Shown one piece after another: positions 23,651 through 34,362 of a DNA stretch of 44,850 nt. Position 1 is the stretch's first letter; every line of letters starts with the position of its first letter. The DNA is taken from assembly GCA_046261635.1 (NCBI GenBank), contig JBHEOL010000172.1, positions 1 to 44,850 on the forward strand, in the 5' to 3' direction. The position numbers and the translations under genes were made by a program. This stretch comes from Thermoanaerobaculia bacterium. Its GTDB lineage: Bacteria > Acidobacteriota > Thermoanaerobaculia > Gp7-AA8. The notes under the pieces were generated by a model. The model had not been told where the DNA came from and ran no database searches. It saw nothing but the letters and a program-made list of their open reading frames with translations.

Positions 23651-26086
23651 TCACTCGACCGAGTTGATCACCACATCGGCGGAAGGGGACGAGATGGCGA
23701 TTCGGTCGTCTTCGAGAATGAACTCGACCCGATCGATTCCTTCGTCCTTGTGACGGATCAGGAATTCGGAGAGCTCATCCTCGATGAAGCGCTGGATCGC
23801 GCGGCGCAGGGGGCGTGCTCCGGAATTCGACTCCTCGCGTGCGCGGCCGATCAGCCACTCGATTGCGGGGGGATCGACCGTGATGGTGACACCCTTGTGT
23901 GCGAGAGCGAGGTTGACGTCATCGACCAGGAGCAGAGCGATCTCGCGGAGCTCGGAATCGGTCAAAGGGTTGAAGATGATGACGTCATCGATCCGGTTGA
24001 TGAACTCGGGTGAGAACTCCCGCTTGAGCTCCGACTGGATGAGCAGCTCGACATCGCGCTGCTCGGCTTCGCCGGTTTTCTCGCGGAACCCCATCATGCC
24101 CTTGGTGGCGAGATGCCGCGTGCCGAGGTTGGAAGTCATGATGATGAGGGTATTGCGGAAGTCGACCTGGTTGCCGAGCGAGTCTGTGAGGATCCCATCC
24201 TCCAGGATCTGGAGCAGGATGTTCGAAATGTCCGGGTGGGCCTTTTCGATCTCGTCGAGCAGCACGACCGAGTAGGGGCTTCGGCGGACGCGCTCGGTGA
24301 GCTGGCCTCCCTCCTCGTGGCCGACGTAGCCGGGGGGGGAGCCGATGAGCTTCGAGATGGCGTGCTTCTCCATGTACTCGGACATGTCGAACCGGATGAG
24401 GTGCTTCTGCGAGCCGAACAGGTATTCGGCGAGGCGGCGGGCGACCTCGGTCTTGCCGACACCGGAGGTGCCGAGAAAGACGAAGGAGCCCATCGGCCGG
24501 TTCGGCGAGGCGACGCCAAGGCGCGAGCGGCGGATGGCGCGGGCGATCGCCCGGACGGCCTTGTCCTGGCCGACGATGCGCCGCATGAGCGTCTCTTCCA
24601 TCTGGAGCAGGCGGGCAGCCTCGTCGGCTTCCAGGCTGGTGACGGGGATGTCGGTCCACGAAGAGATGATCTCTTCGATGTCCCGGGCGGTGACCTCGAT
24701 GGTCTCCTCGCCGTTGTCTTCGCGCTCCTGCTTGAGCCGCTCGATCTCGTCCTTGAGCTCGATCTCGCGCTCGCGGAGATAGACGGCTTTCTCGAAATCC
24801 TTGTCGGAGATCGCCTTCTTCATCTCCTTGACGATGTTGCGGGTCTCGGACTCGAGGCGACGGAGATTCTGAGTGTCGGCGACGCGGCGCAACTTCACCT
24901 TGGCGCCGGCCTCGTCGAGGATGTCGATCGCCTTGTCGGGGAAGAACCGGTCGGTGATGTAACGGTTGGATTGATAGACGGCCGACTTGATGGCCTGATC
25001 GGAATACTTGACCTTATGGAACGCCTCGTAGCGCTCCTTGACGCCGTCGAGGATGAGCAGGGTCTCGGCCTCGTTCGGAGGCGCGACGTTGATCGCCTGA
25101 AACCGCCGGAGCAGAGAGCGGTCCTTCTCGATGTAGCGGCGGTACTCACGGATCGTGGTCGCCCCGATGCACGAGATCTCTCCGCGGGAGAGCGCCGGCT
25201 TGAGAATATTGGCGGCATCCAGGGACCCTTCAGCCGAGCCCGCGCCGATCAGGGAGTGGATCTCGTCGATGAAGATGATGATCTCGGTGTTCTCTTTCAG
25301 CTCCTTGATGATGCCCTTGAGTCTCTCCTCGAACTGGCCGCGATACTTCGTTCCGGCGACGATGAGCGACAGGTCGAGCGAAAGGATCCTCTTGTTCGCG
25401 ATGAACAGGGGGACGTTTCCGTCGACGATCCTCTGAGCGAGACCTTCGACGATCGCGGTCTTTCCGACGCCTGGCTCGCCGAGCAGAATCGGGTTGTTCT
25501 TGGTCCGGCGCGAAAGAATCTGGATGATGCGGTCGACTTCCTTCTCGCGGCCGACGAGGGGGTCGAACTGCCCCTGATGGGCCATCTGCGTCAGGTCGCG
25601 CGCGTACTCGGCGAGAAACGGCAGCTCTTTCTTCTGCTTGTCCGCCTCGCGTTCCTTGAGGATCGAGATCGTCTCTTCGCGGACGCCGTAGACATTCAGC
25701 CCCTTGGAGGTCAGGATCCTGGCGGCGGTGGAAGACTCCACGCGCAGGATCCCGATGAGCAGGTGCTCGGTGCCCACGTACTGGTGCAGCATCGACTCGG
25801 CCTCGTGGGCGGCGTAGGCGAGGATTTTCTTGGCTTCTTCGGAAAGCGGGAGCTCGGCCGAGGAGGAGATCCGGTCGACGAACAGGCGGTCTCCCTCGAC
25901 CTCCCTGCGGATCTGTTCCGGCTTGACGTTGAACCGGCTGAAGATCTCCTTGATGATGTCCTCGCCTTCGCGGAGGACGCCGAGCAGGATGTGCTCGGAC
26001 TCGATCACGCGAGAGCCGAGCTTGGAGGCCTCGTATCGGGCGAAGAAGAGTGCGCGGCGGGCTTTCTCGTTATATTTTTCGAACAT
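23651..26086 (-). CDS. clpC: ATP-dependent Clp protease ATP-binding subunit (ClpC/ClpA class)
   Basis: Double Clp_N repeat. Two AAA+ modules ([16 protein letters not shown]). UVR-like middle region. Confidence 0.9.
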   Translation of the reverse strand: MFEKYNEKARRALFFARYEASKLGSRVIESEHILLGVLREGEDIIKEIFSRFNVKPEQIRREVEGDRLFVDRISSSAELPLSEEAKKILAYAAHEAESMLHQYVGTEHLLIGILRVESSTAARILTSKGLNVYGVREETISILKEREADKQKKELPFLAEYARDLTQMAHQGQFDPLVGREKEVDRIIQILSRRTKNNPILLGEPGVGKTAIVEGLAQRIVDGNVPLFIANKRILSLDLSLIVAGTKYRGQFEERLKGIIKELKENTEIIIFIDEIHSLIGAGSAEGSLDAANILKPALSRGEISCIGATTIREYRRYIEKDRSLLRRFQAINVAPPNEAETLLILDGVKERYEAFHKVKYSDQAIKSAVYQSNRYITDRFFPDKAIDILDEAGAKVKLRRVADTQNLRRLESETRNIVKEMKKAISDKDFEKAVYLREREIELKDEIERLKQEREDNGEETIEVTARDIEEIISSWTDIPVTSLEADEAARLLQMEETLMRRIVGQDKAVRAIARAIRRSRLGVASPNRPMGSFVFLGTSGVGKTEVARRLAEYLFGSQKHLIRFDMSEYMEKHAISKLIGSPPGYVGHEEGGQLTERVRRSPYSVVLLDEIEKAHPDISNILLQILEDGILTDSLGNQVDFRNTLIIMTSNLGTRHLATKGMMGFREKTGEAEQRDVELLIQSELKREFSPEFINRIDDVIIFNPLTDSELREIALLLVDDVNLALAHKGVTITVDPPAIEWLIGRAREESNSGARPLRRAIQRFIEDELSEFLIRHKDEGIDRVEFILEDDRIAISSPSADVVINSVE

Positions 26087-26756
26087 GGTCGATCGGAATA
26101 CCGCTTCTCATCTCAAACACGCGGTCACATCGGGCCGCGAGATCTCGATTGTGCGTCACGATCACCGATGTGAGCTGTCTTCTTTGATGACATTGTCTCA
26201 TTAATTCGAAAACTTTTTCGCTCGTTTCGAGGTCGAGATTCCCGGTCGGTTCGTCCGCCAGGAACAGCACAGGATCCCCAAGAAGGGCGCGGGCAATTGC
26301 AACGCGCTGCTGCTCGCCACCCGACAGCTGGTGAGGGTAATGATGCATGCGCCCGGCCAGCCCCAACTCAACCAATAACTTTTCCGCCTTCTGCAACGCC
26401 TCCTTCTTCGGGATTCTTCCAATCCAGGCCGGCATCGCCACGTTTTCGACCGCCGTGAATTCGGGAAGCAGATGGTGAAACTGAAACACGAAACCGACGT
26501 TGCGGTTGCGGAACCGGGCGAGCTGGTCGCCGTTCATGCCCGTCAGGTCGTCGCCGCCGACGCGGATCGTTCCCGAGTCGGCCCGGTCGAGCCCTCCGAG
26601 GAGATGGAGCAGAGTCGACTTCCCGATGCCGGAGGGGCCCACGACCGCGAGCATCTCTCCCCTCTCCACGTCGAGGTCGAGGTCGCGAAGCACCTCCACG
26701 GGAACGGCAGCGTCGCGATAAACCCTGGCGAGAGCTCGAGTCTGAAGGAAAGCCAT
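26070..26756 (-). CDS. lolD: Lipoprotein-releasing system ATP-binding protein LolD-like ABC ATPase
   Basis: Walker [52 protein letters not shown]. 17-nt overlap with the clpC start. Confidence 0.85.
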   Translation of the reverse strand: MAFLQTRALARVYRDAAVPVEVLRDLDLDVERGEMLAVVGPSGIGKSTLLHLLGGLDRADSGTIRVGGDDLTGMNGDQLARFRNRNVGFVFQFHHLLPEFTAVENVAMPAWIGRIPKKEALQKAEKLLVELGLAGRMHHYPHQLSGGEQQRVAIARALLGDPVLFLADEPTGNLDLETSEKVFELMRQCHQRRQLTSVIVTHNRDLAARCDRVFEMRSGIPIDHVRKI

Positions 26757-26775
26757 TCAGGATGATTATAGAAGT

Positions 26776-26801
26776 GAAGCCGCGGCCCGCGCCGCGGCTT
26801 C
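26776..26801. other. GC-rich 11-bp-stem hairpin between the PPIase gene and lolD
   Basis: GAAGCCGCGGC-CCGC-GCCGCGGCTTC. No downstream U-tract on the coding strand. Confidence 0.35.
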
Positions 26802-26827
26802 AGAGAAAAATCCGATTCCGGGTCGAA

Positions 26828-27733
26828 TCAGAAGTTCTGAGTGTGCACGGTCACGCTGCTTTGCTGCCGCAGCTCGGTTCCAAGCTTGTTCAGCAGCGGC
26901 ATGATCTGCTGGCCCCGCGTCCGCATCATCCTGCTGCGAATGTCGTCGCGGACCGTGTCGAAGGGGGTGAGGCCACCTTCCTTCCGCTCTTCGACGAAAA
27001 TCAGGTGATACCCGAACTCCGATTTGACCACGCCGCTCGCCGTCCCCGGCTCGAGCAAAAAGGCCGCCTGCTCGAAATCCGGGGCCATCGTGCCGGGGAA
27101 GAAGTAGCCAAGATCCCCGCCGGTGCTCGCCGCTCCGTCCTCCGAGAACTTCTGGGCGTAGTCGGCGAACTGCTGGACCGTCACGCTTCCCATCGTTTCG
27201 AACTGCGCCGCGATCCCCTCGATCTTCTCCCGTGCTTCCTGATCGCTTCCCGCGTCGTCACCGGTCGAGTTCGCCACGCCCTCCCGCTGAGGCGTCGCAA
27301 CGATGTGCCGCGCCCGGATCCGCGTGGCGACCTCGAACTCCTCCGGATTCTCGTCGTAGTACCGGCGAAGAGTCGCCTCGTCCAGAATCGATTTCGAAAG
27401 CTCACGCTCGACGTACTGCTCGAAGAGCACCTCGTCTCGCGCCAGCTGAATGCGGGCACGCACGTCCGGATCCCGCAAGAGGTTGCGCTTGATCGCTTCC
27501 TGCACGATCAGCTTCCTTCGGACGTACGAATCGACGTAAATCAGCTTGCCGCCATTTCGCTCGTAGCCCTCGCGCACTTCGATCGGCAGCTTTTTCCAGG
27601 CGGCGTCGAGCTCCGCCATCGTGATCTTCTCTCCGTTGACCGTCGCGGCGAGCGGCTGTTCTTCCACCGCCTGCCCGAACGCGACCGAGGCCGCGATCGC
27701 CAGCGCCAGCGCCATCCATGTCGTGTTTCTCAT
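26828..27733 (-). CDS. Periplasmic parvulin-type peptidyl-prolyl isomerase (SurA/PrsA-like)
   Basis: Start reassigned to ATG 27733 (GGAGGA SD). Signal peptide. PpiC domain (RARHIV...GGDLGYF..., FGYHLIFV). Confidence 0.8.
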   Translation of the reverse strand: MRNTTWMALALAIAASVAFGQAVEEQPLAATVNGEKITMAELDAAWKKLPIEVREGYERNGGKLIYVDSYVRRKLIVQEAIKRNLLRDPDVRARIQLARDEVLFEQYVERELSKSILDEATLRRYYDENPEEFEVATRIRARHIVATPQREGVANSTGDDAGSDQEAREKIEGIAAQFETMGSVTVQQFADYAQKFSEDGAASTGGDLGYFFPGTMAPDFEQAAFLLEPGTASGVVKSEFGYHLIFVEERKEGGLTPFDTVRDDIRSRMMRTRGQQIMPLLNKLGTELRQQSSVTVHTQNF

Positions 27734-27868
27734 GTTTCCTCCGATCCAGAAGTGCGAACCGCACTTCCCGGGTCCGCGCCTGATAGACGGCGAGACAAAC
27801 CCAAAGGTTCCCCCGCGACATTCCGACACGATCTCTGGCAAAATTTTCTGTCAAGGGTCTTCTCGCCT

Positions 27869-27887
27869 TTTCCACAGGCTGTGGAAA
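27869..27887. promoter_or_regulatory. 19-bp perfect palindrome made of two inverted DnaA-box-like 9-mers upstream of dnaB
   Basis: TTTCCACAG-G-CTGTGGAAA. TTTTCCACA matches TTATCCACA at 8/9 positions; the partner ATTTCCACA matches at 7/9. Lies ~120 nt upstream of the dnaB ATG. Confidence 0.35.
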
Positions 27888-28005
27888 TCGCCTCGGAAAG
27901 CGCCAGAGCCCCCTCCGCTCCGGCTGACAGGCCGTGCGGATTTCCTGCGGAACCAGGAGGGAAAGAGCCTCGCCGGAACAGAAACCGGCGACAATCGCGA
28001 ACTCG

Positions 28006-29391
28006 ATGGCTTCTCTACCAGCTGTAGAACTGCGTCTGGATCAACCTCTTCCGCAGAATCCGGAAGCGGAGCGTTCGGTCCTTGGCTCGATCCTGCTCAA
28101 TCCCTCCTCGCTCGACCGGGTGGCGGAGAAGCTCCGGGTCGAGGACTTTTATCGCGACGCGCATCGCCAGATTTTCTCCGCGATGATGGATCTGTCCGAG
28201 CGCAGCAGGGCCATCGACCTGCTCACCATCAAGGAAGAGCTCGCACGCAAGCTGCGGCTCGACGAGGTCGGGGGCGCTGCCTACATCTCCTCGCTCGTCG
28301 ATGGGATCCCGGACATCGCCAATCTCGATCGCTACGCGGAAATTGTCCGGGAGAAGTCGACCCTACGGAAACTGATCCTCATGGGGAACCGCGTGATCCA
28401 GTCCGCGCTCGACCGCCCCGAGGGGCCGAGCGAGGTTCTCGGGGAGGCGGAGCGGGAGATCTATCAGATTGCCGAGCAGGGGCTGTCGACCGGCTTCACC
28501 CCGATCGACCGGATCACGCGGACGAACATGACCTCGATCGAGCAGATCCAGCACGCCGGAAAGCTGCTCACCGGGATCACGACCGGTTACGCCCAGTTCG
28601 ACGCCATGACGTCGGGATTCCAGCGGCAGGATCTGCTGATTCTGGCCGCGCGGCCGTCGATGGGGAAAACCTCGCTCATGCTGAACATCGCCGAAGCGAT
28701 GGCGGTCCCCGATCAGGGAGGGAACGACGACGAGCTCCACGCGGTCGGCATCTTCTCGCTCGAAATGTCGAAAGAGCAGCTCGGACTCCGACTGCTCTCC
28801 TCACAGGCGAACGTGTCGAGCCACCTGATCCGCTCCGGATTCCTTTCGGAGAAGAATTGGCAGGATTGGATCTCCGCCTCCTCGCGGCTGGCCCGCTCGA
28901 AGATCTTCGTCGATGATACGGCGACGATCGACCTGATCGAGATGAGGGCCAAGGCCCGGCGGCTCAAGCGAGAGCACGGGATCGACATGCTCATGGTCGA
29001 CTACCTCCAGCTCATCAACTCTCGCGGCCGCACCGAGTCGCGGAATCAGGAAATCTCGCAGATCTCTCGTGGACTGAAAGCGCTCGCCAAAGAGCTCGAC
29101 ATCCCTCTGCTCTCTCTGTCCCAGCTCTCCCGCCGTCCGGAGCAGCGGGCCGGGGACCATCGGCCGCAGCTCGCGGATCTTCGTGAATCGGGTTCGATCG
29201 AACAGGACGCGGACGTCGTCTTCTTCATCTACCGCGACGAGGTGTACAACAAGGAAACGGAGGACAAGGGCATCGCCGAGATCATCATCTCCAAGCAGAG
29301 GAACGGCCCGATCGGCGACTTCAAGCTCGTCTTCCGGAACGACATCACCAAGTTCTTCAACTACGCTCCGGAGCCCGATTACATCCCCTGA
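28006..29391 (+). CDS. dnaB: Replicative DNA helicase DnaB
   Basis: PQNPEAERSVLGSILL N-terminal domain. Walker A ARPSMGKTS. LSQLSR and IIISKQRNGP motifs. Start set at ATG 28006. Confidence 0.9.
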   Translation: MASLPAVELRLDQPLPQNPEAERSVLGSILLNPSSLDRVAEKLRVEDFYRDAHRQIFSAMMDLSERSRAIDLLTIKEELARKLRLDEVGGAAYISSLVDGIPDIANLDRYAEIVREKSTLRKLILMGNRVIQSALDRPEGPSEVLGEAEREIYQIAEQGLSTGFTPIDRITRTNMTSIEQIQHAGKLLTGITTGYAQFDAMTSGFQRQDLLILAARPSMGKTSLMLNIAEAMAVPDQGGNDDELHAVGIFSLEMSKEQLGLRLLSSQANVSSHLIRSGFLSEKNWQDWISASSRLARSKIFVDDTATIDLIEMRAKARRLKREHGIDMLMVDYLQLINSRGRTESRNQEISQISRGLKALAKELDIPLLSLSQLSRRPEQRAGDHRPQLADLRESGSIEQDADVVFFIYRDEVYNKETEDKGIAEIIISKQRNGPIGDFKLVFRNDITKFFNYAPEPDYIP

Positions 29392-29417
29392 CGTTCGCCC
29401 GCTCCAAACTCCGACGA

Positions 29418-30620
29418 TCACGCGCGACCAAAGCCGAGCTCCTCGAGCACGGAGCTCGTATGCTCGCCCAGACGCGGCGGCGGGAGCTCGATCGAAGGCC
29501 CGCATTCCGAGCGGATCGGACTTCTGACCTGCGCGAGCGGACCGATCGAGGAATGCTCCACCGTCTGCACGATCGGACGCGAGAAGATCTCGTCGAACCG
29601 CTCCACCAGCGCTGCCGGAATCCCGACCCGACGGCAAAGCTCGACCCACTCCCCGGCGGGTTTCCTCGAAAACTGCAGCGACAGCTCCGGCAGGAGCGAG
29701 TCCCGGTGCTCGACGCGGCCGGCATTCGTGCCGTACCTAGGGTCCGAAGCCAGGTCGGGGCGTCCCAGAACCTCCGCGGCGAGCAACGCGAAGTGCCGAT
29801 CGGTGGCCACGGCGACCACGAGCGGGCGGTCCGAGGCCTCGAATGCCTGATAGGGAACGATCGAAGGGTGCGCACTTCCATAGCGGAGCGGCTCTTCGCG
29901 CGTCACGAGCCAGGCCTGGGCGACGTTGACGAGTGAGGCCACGGTCGACCCGAACAGAGAGACTTCGATCGCTTCTCCCCGCCCGCTTTTCGCGCGCGCG
30001 AGCAGGGCGGCGAGAATCGCTCCGTGAGCGTAATGGGCCGTGAGAACGTCCGAAATCGCGACCCCCACCTTCACGGGCGGTCCGCCCGGGGCGCCCGTGA
30101 TCGCCATCATCCCTCCCGCCGCCTGCGCCAGCAGATCGTAACCAGGGAGCCCCGCGTCACGATCGTCGCCATCGAACCCGGAAATGGAGCAGAGGATCGC
30201 GCGCGCGTTCCGGGCGTGGACTGAGGGCGCATCGAGCCCGAATCGCACGCGGTCGGCCGGCTTGAAATTCTCCACGACTACGTCCGCCCGCTCGATCAGC
30301 CGCCCCGCGGCTTCGAGCCCCATCCCGCTCTTCAGGTCGAGAACCACCGATTCCTTGTTCCGGTTGACCGAGAGAAAATACGCGCTCTCTCCTCCCACGA
30401 ACGGCGGGCCCCACCGGCGTGTCTCATCTCCGCGCGGCTCCTCGATCTTGATCACGCGAGCTCCCGCGTCACCGAGCATCATCGTGCAGAGAGGTCCCGC
30501 CAGAATGCGCGAGAAATCGGCGACGAGCAGATCGCTGAGATGTGAGGTCAACCGTTCTCCCGGGAAGCGCAGGGCGGAGTGAAGGACAACTAATGTAGGT
30601 CGCCAGCCGGGCACCGTCAA
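29418..30620 (-). CDS. Family III CoA-transferase (CaiB/BaiF)
   Basis: ADFSRILAGPLCTMMLGDAGARVIKIE...RWGPP signature. The start codon is uncertain. Confidence 0.8.
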   Translation of the reverse strand: MTVPGWRPTLVVLHSALRFPGERLTSHLSDLLVADFSRILAGPLCTMMLGDAGARVIKIEEPRGDETRRWGPPFVGGESAYFLSVNRNKESVVLDLKSGMGLEAAGRLIERADVVVENFKPADRVRFGLDAPSVHARNARAILCSISGFDGDDRDAGLPGYDLLAQAAGGMMAITGAPGGPPVKVGVAISDVLTAHYAHGAILAALLARAKSGRGEAIEVSLFGSTVASLVNVAQAWLVTREEPLRYGSAHPSIVPYQAFEASDRPLVVAVATDRHFALLAAEVLGRPDLASDPRYGTNAGRVEHRDSLLPELSLQFSRKPAGEWVELCRRVGIPAALVERFDEIFSRPIVQTVEHSSIGPLAQVRSPIRSECGPSIELPPPRLGEHTSSVLEELGFGRA

Positions 30621-30682
30621 GATCTGGAATTCCGCTTCCCACTCCCTGTTACCATCGGGGCTGTACGGAGCCTCTCGAAACC

Positions 30683-31012
30683 ATGTTGCCCGAAGTCTTC
30701 GAATGCCCGGCGTGCCAGCGCCAGTTCGTTTTCGAGCTCGTCGATCTCGAGGGCGACCGTTCCATCAACTGCCCCCAATGCAAGCGCTATCTCGGCGAGA
30801 AGGACATTCACTACGTCCTCAAGAGCGAGATCGAGGAGCTCGAGGAGCGCCTCCGCTTCGAGCGGGACAGGCTCGAGAAGGACGAGGCGATCTACTCCCT
30901 CGGCGAGTACGACGCGGAGCTGAAGGCCTATGGCACCGAGATTTACAAGGTCGTCCAGGTGCTGCGCAGCCCCATCCAGGAGCTCGAGAACCTCCGGCTC
31001 ACCTACCGCTGA
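30683..31012 (+). CDS. Hypothetical zinc-ribbon plus coiled-coil protein
   Basis: CPAC...(22 aa)...CPQC pair followed by a heptad-like Glu/Leu-rich segment. Preferred over the low-complexity antisense ORF 30617..31033. Confidence 0.45.
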   Translation: MLPEVFECPACQRQFVFELVDLEGDRSINCPQCKRYLGEKDIHYVLKSEIEELEERLRFERDRLEKDEAIYSLGEYDAELKAYGTEIYKVVQVLRSPIQELENLRLTYR

Positions 31013-31142
31013 CCCGGATCCCACGGTGACCAATCGGGGAAACCTCCTGCCGCAGCCGGAATAGGCCGCCCATCGTGCGCGTCATCACGGCTACGACAAC
31101 TCTTGCGCCTGAGGATCGTCGAATTGAGCGTGGAGCCGGCCC

Positions 31143-31163
31143 GGCGCCGGGCGGTCCGGCGCC
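31143..31163. other. GC hairpin between convergent genes (terminator-like, no U-tract)
   Basis: GGCGCCGG-GCGGT-CCGGCGCC. Confidence 0.3.
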
Positions 31164-31200
31164 CGTAAGCCCGCTCCGAGTCCGGACGTTCGCTGGTGGA

Positions 31201-31956
31201 CTAGATCTTCGACTCTTTCTTCGCCAGTCCCGCGAGGATATCGACCGGGAGAGGGAAAACGATGGTGGTGTTTCTCTCGACTCCGATCTCGGTCAGGGTC
31301 TGCAGGTAGCGCAGCTGGATGGCGATCGGCTCGGTTGCGAGGACCTTCGATGCGTCGGCCAGGCGTTGCGCGGCGCTGAACTCTCCCTCGGCATGGATGA
31401 TCTTCGACCGGCGCTCGCGCTCGGCCTCGGCCTGCCTCGCCATCGCGCGCGTCATGACCTCGGGGAGGTCGACCTGCTTGACCTCGACGTTGACGACCTT
31501 GACTCCCCAGGGAGCGGTGTGCCGGTCGAGAATCTCCTGAATCCTGTTGTTCAGTTTCTCTCTCTCGGCGAGCAGCTCGTCCAGCTCGACTTCTCCGAGC
31601 ACCGAGCGCAGAGTCGTCTGCGCGAACTGGGACGTCTGGTAGCGATAATCGAACACTTCGATGACCGCCCGCTGAGGGTCGATCACGCGCAGAAAGATGA
31701 CCGCGTTGACCTTGATCGTGACGTTGTCCCGGGTGATGACGTCTTGCGGTGGAACCTCGAACGCTTCCTGGCGAAGAGAGATCCTCACCATCCGGTCGAT
31801 CGGCGCGAACACGAGAATGAGGCCAGGTCCTTTCGGCTTCTCGAGCACTCGGCCGAGGCGGAAGATCACTCCCCTCTCGTACTCGGCGAGAATCTTGATC
31901 ACGCTCGCGAGGTAAATGAAGAGAACGGCCAAGGCGACGAGAATCGGGATACCCAT
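31201..31956 (-). CDS. SPFH/band-7 (stomatin-like) membrane protein
   Basis: Start at ATG 31956, sharing one base (TGATG) with the NfeD stop. TM helix, then SPFH core ([12 protein letters not shown]...[12 protein letters not shown]...AEAERERR). Confidence 0.85.
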   Translation of the reverse strand: MGIPILVALAVLFIYLASVIKILAEYERGVIFRLGRVLEKPKGPGLILVFAPIDRMVRISLRQEAFEVPPQDVITRDNVTIKVNAVIFLRVIDPQRAVIEVFDYRYQTSQFAQTTLRSVLGEVELDELLAEREKLNNRIQEILDRHTAPWGVKVVNVEVKQVDLPEVMTRAMARQAEAERERRSKIIHAEGEFSAAQRLADASKVLATEPIAIQLRYLQTLTEIGVERNTTIVFPLPVDILAGLAKKESKI

Positions 31957-33299
31957 CAGATCGACTCCTTCGTAACGGTTTCGCCGGTGCCATCCGCGGT
32001 CGCGGGCTCGACCTCGAGAATGAGATCGCGGACCGAACGGACCTTCACCGGCGTACCAGGTTGAATCGGAACGGCCGAACGGGCGCTCCAGATCTCGCCG
32101 TGAACGAATACTTTCCCCATCGGATCGAGGACAGTCTCGGCGACTCCGACCTCGCCCGCCATTCCCTCCGACCCCGTCGTGACGCGATTCCGCATCGAAC
32201 GCATCGCCAGGTTCATCAGGAACACGGCGATGATTCCGAACGGAACCGCCACGGCGAGTGCCGTCAGCCAGTTCACCCGCATCTCCGGGATCGGTCCATC
32301 GACCAGAAGAATAGCTCCGAGAAACATCGAGATCACCCCCGCGGTGCCGAAGATCCCGTGGCTCGTGAATTTCGCCTCGAGGGCGAAGAAGCCGAACGCC
32401 ACCACGACCAGGGCCAGGGCAGCATACCGCGTGGGAAGCATGTTCAGGGCGATCACCGCGAGCAGGATCGAAAGCGCGCCGATGGCTCCCGGAAGAATCG
32501 CTCCCGGATTCTGGAATTCGGCCCAGAGAGCCAGCATCCCGAGCGAAAGAAGCACGAAGGCGATGTTCGGATTCATGATGAAGGCTAGCAGTCGCTGCCG
32601 CAGCGTAAGCTCGACTTTGTGGATGGTCGCCCCGGCCACATCGAGGGTCACCACGCTGCCGTCGAAGCGCCGGATCTCGCGGCCGCTCACGAACTTCAGG
32701 ACCGCCTCCATGTCGCCGGCGATCAGGTCGATCAGCCCCAGCTCGAGGGCTTCTGCCTCGGTCCACGCCACGGATTCCCGGACCCCACGCTCGGCCGCCT
32801 CCGGATTCCGGCCCCTCCGCTCGGCCAGGCTGCGGATGAACGCCGCCGAGTCGTTCTGCATTTTCTGCTGAAGGACTTCGTCCGGCTCGGCGTTCATCAG
32901 GATGGGATGCGCCGCTCCCGTGTTCGTTCCAGGCGCCATGACGGCGACGTCGGCTGCCACGAGGATGAACAGGCCCGCGGACGCGGCACGCTCTCCGGGC
33001 GGAGCTACCCAGACCACGACCGGGACAGGAGAAGTCAGGATTCGATTCACCAGCCGCCGGGTGGTCGTCTCCATTCCGCCGGGGGTCGAGAGCGAGATCA
33101 CGAGCAAGTCGTCACCCCGCTCCACAGCCTGGGCGATGGCGCTCTCGAGGATCTCATCCGTGACCGGAAGGATCATCTGATCGAGCTCGAGGTGGGTGAC
33201 GCCGGCGAACATCGGCATCGAACCGAGCAGGAGAACGCAGAAACTCAGAGTCAGCCGGAGTCGCATCCATGATCTCCAGGCGCCGCTGGACGCCCGCAT
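31956..33299 (-). CDS. NfeD-family membrane-bound ClpP-class serine protease
   Basis: ClpP-like N-domain (ISLSTPGG..., [13 protein letters not shown]...[11 protein letters not shown]). Multi-TM middle region. C-terminal OB-like NfeD domain ([14 protein letters not shown]). Confidence 0.85.
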   Translation of the reverse strand: MRASSGAWRSWMRLRLTLSFCVLLLGSMPMFAGVTHLELDQMILPVTDEILESAIAQAVERGDDLLVISLSTPGGMETTTRRLVNRILTSPVPVVVWVAPPGERAASAGLFILVAADVAVMAPGTNTGAAHPILMNAEPDEVLQQKMQNDSAAFIRSLAERRGRNPEAAERGVRESVAWTEAEALELGLIDLIAGDMEAVLKFVSGREIRRFDGSVVTLDVAGATIHKVELTLRQRLLAFIMNPNIAFVLLSLGMLALWAEFQNPGAILPGAIGALSILLAVIALNMLPTRYAALALVVVAFGFFALEAKFTSHGIFGTAGVISMFLGAILLVDGPIPEMRVNWLTALAVAVPFGIIAVFLMNLAMRSMRNRVTTGSEGMAGEVGVAETVLDPMGKVFVHGEIWSARSAVPIQPGTPVKVRSVRDLILEVEPATADGTGETVTKESI

Positions 33300-33335
33300 G
33301 CATTCAGCATACGCCGTCCCCCGCGGAGCGGGGGC

Positions 33336-34013
33336 TCATTCGGGCTTGCGGGGAGGGATTCCGGTCGCCTCGCTGATGCTGAGCTCCGCGAGCATGCGCA
33401 GGAAGTCACGCCCCTCCTCGTCGGCATCCTCGTACGCCTTGCGCAGGCTTGCGAGCTGCTCATCTTCCTCCCAGGCCGCGACCGTGAATCCATCCGGGGG
33501 CTGGTCGGGGAGGAGCGAAGGAACCTTTTTCCAGCTCCCGGAGACGTAACGATAGCTGATGAATCCGGTCTGCGTGGAGCGGCGCGCAGAACCGAGCGCC
33601 GTCAGGGTCGCATCGCCGTCGATCCGATTGAGATCGCGCATGCCGAACGCATTCGCTTCCTGCGCGGCGACGACCCGGGCCACGTGCTCGGCGATCATCT
33701 TGCGGAGCCGGGATGCCGATTCTCCGAGCGCCGCCGTCACGTCGAGCCCGGAACTGAAGCTCGCGCCCTCCGGCGCCTCGCCGCGGCTATGCACGACGCG
33801 ACACTCGAATCGGAGCGTCTCCTCCCCCCACGAAAACGAGAGGATTCCTGTCAGCCCCTGCTCCAGGGGAACTTGATGGTCGATGAATGCTCCGACCAGT
33901 CCAATCTCGTACAGTCGGACTGGTCGGCCATCAAATTCCGCCTCCAGCGGATGAGCCAGATCGAGGCGGTGGAACCGGCGACGCTCGTCGTGCACTTCGC
34001 TCACCCGCCGCAT
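33336..34013 (-). CDS. PilZ-like protein with a conserved uncharacterised C-terminal domain (paralog A)
   Basis: N-terminal RRFHR (RxxxR) plus EIGLVG at the [DN]xSxxG position. The C-terminal ~70 aa aligns without gaps to ORF 37161..37811, with about half the positions identical (WKK, LPxQPxxGFTVA, ADxEGR, ELSIS). Confidence 0.6.
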   Translation of the reverse strand: MRRVSEVHDERRRFHRLDLAHPLEAEFDGRPVRLYEIGLVGAFIDHQVPLEQGLTGILSFSWGEETLRFECRVVHSRGEAPEGASFSSGLDVTAALGESASRLRKMIAEHVARVVAAQEANAFGMRDLNRIDGDATLTALGSARRSTQTGFISYRYVSGSWKKVPSLLPDQPPDGFTVAAWEEDEQLASLRKAYEDADEEGRDFLRMLAELSISEATGIPPRKPE

Positions 34014-34362
34014 TCTACCCGAGGCCCGGCCGCAGACTCTATCGTTCCGACCGAGAAGCCCCGGAAAGGCTCATGGCGCCTCGACGATGAACTCCACGCT
34101 TTCCCCCGCCTCCTCGGGATGCAGCGAGCACCAGGCCACATACGTTTCGGGCTGAAGGTCCACCTGCATCGTGGCCTCCGCGCCCGGGTCGAGGTTCTCG
34201 CCCAGGACTCCTGACGCCGCGTTGTCGGCGGATCCCTCGACCGAAAGCGTCCTCATTTCGATCTCCGCTTTCAGCAGCTCATCTCGAGTGGGAAGTGCCG
34301 ACCGTGGGCCGGGCTCGAGGAGCCAGGGAATCGGTCGGCAGGCTCGGCTGGTATCGCCGGGG

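Noticed and set aside
26765-26770. Perfect TATAAT hexamer (minus strand) 9 nt upstream of the lolD ATG
   Set aside because: There is no plausible -35 at 16-18 nt, because that region is occupied by the GC hairpin. It would also leave no room for a ribosome-binding site. It is probably coincidental.
30617-31033. 138-aa minus-strand ORF antisense to the zinc-ribbon ORF
   Set aside because: It is a highly repetitive Leu/Glu/Ala/Val string (LELLDLALEDVVNVLLAE...), the mirror image of the coiled-coil on the other strand. It has no motifs or start context, so the plus-strand CxxC...CxxC ORF was preferred.
34071-34256. 61-aa minus-strand ORF whose C-terminus (LDPGAEATMQVDLQPETYVAWCSLHPEE...FIV) vaguely resembles the end of a cupredoxin domain
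   Set aside because: It is too short for a cupredoxin. It lacks the upstream His ligand region and the Met ligand. It also lies in the SulP/PilZ-like divergent promoter region. It may be a gene remnant or a chance ORF and is not reported as a feature.
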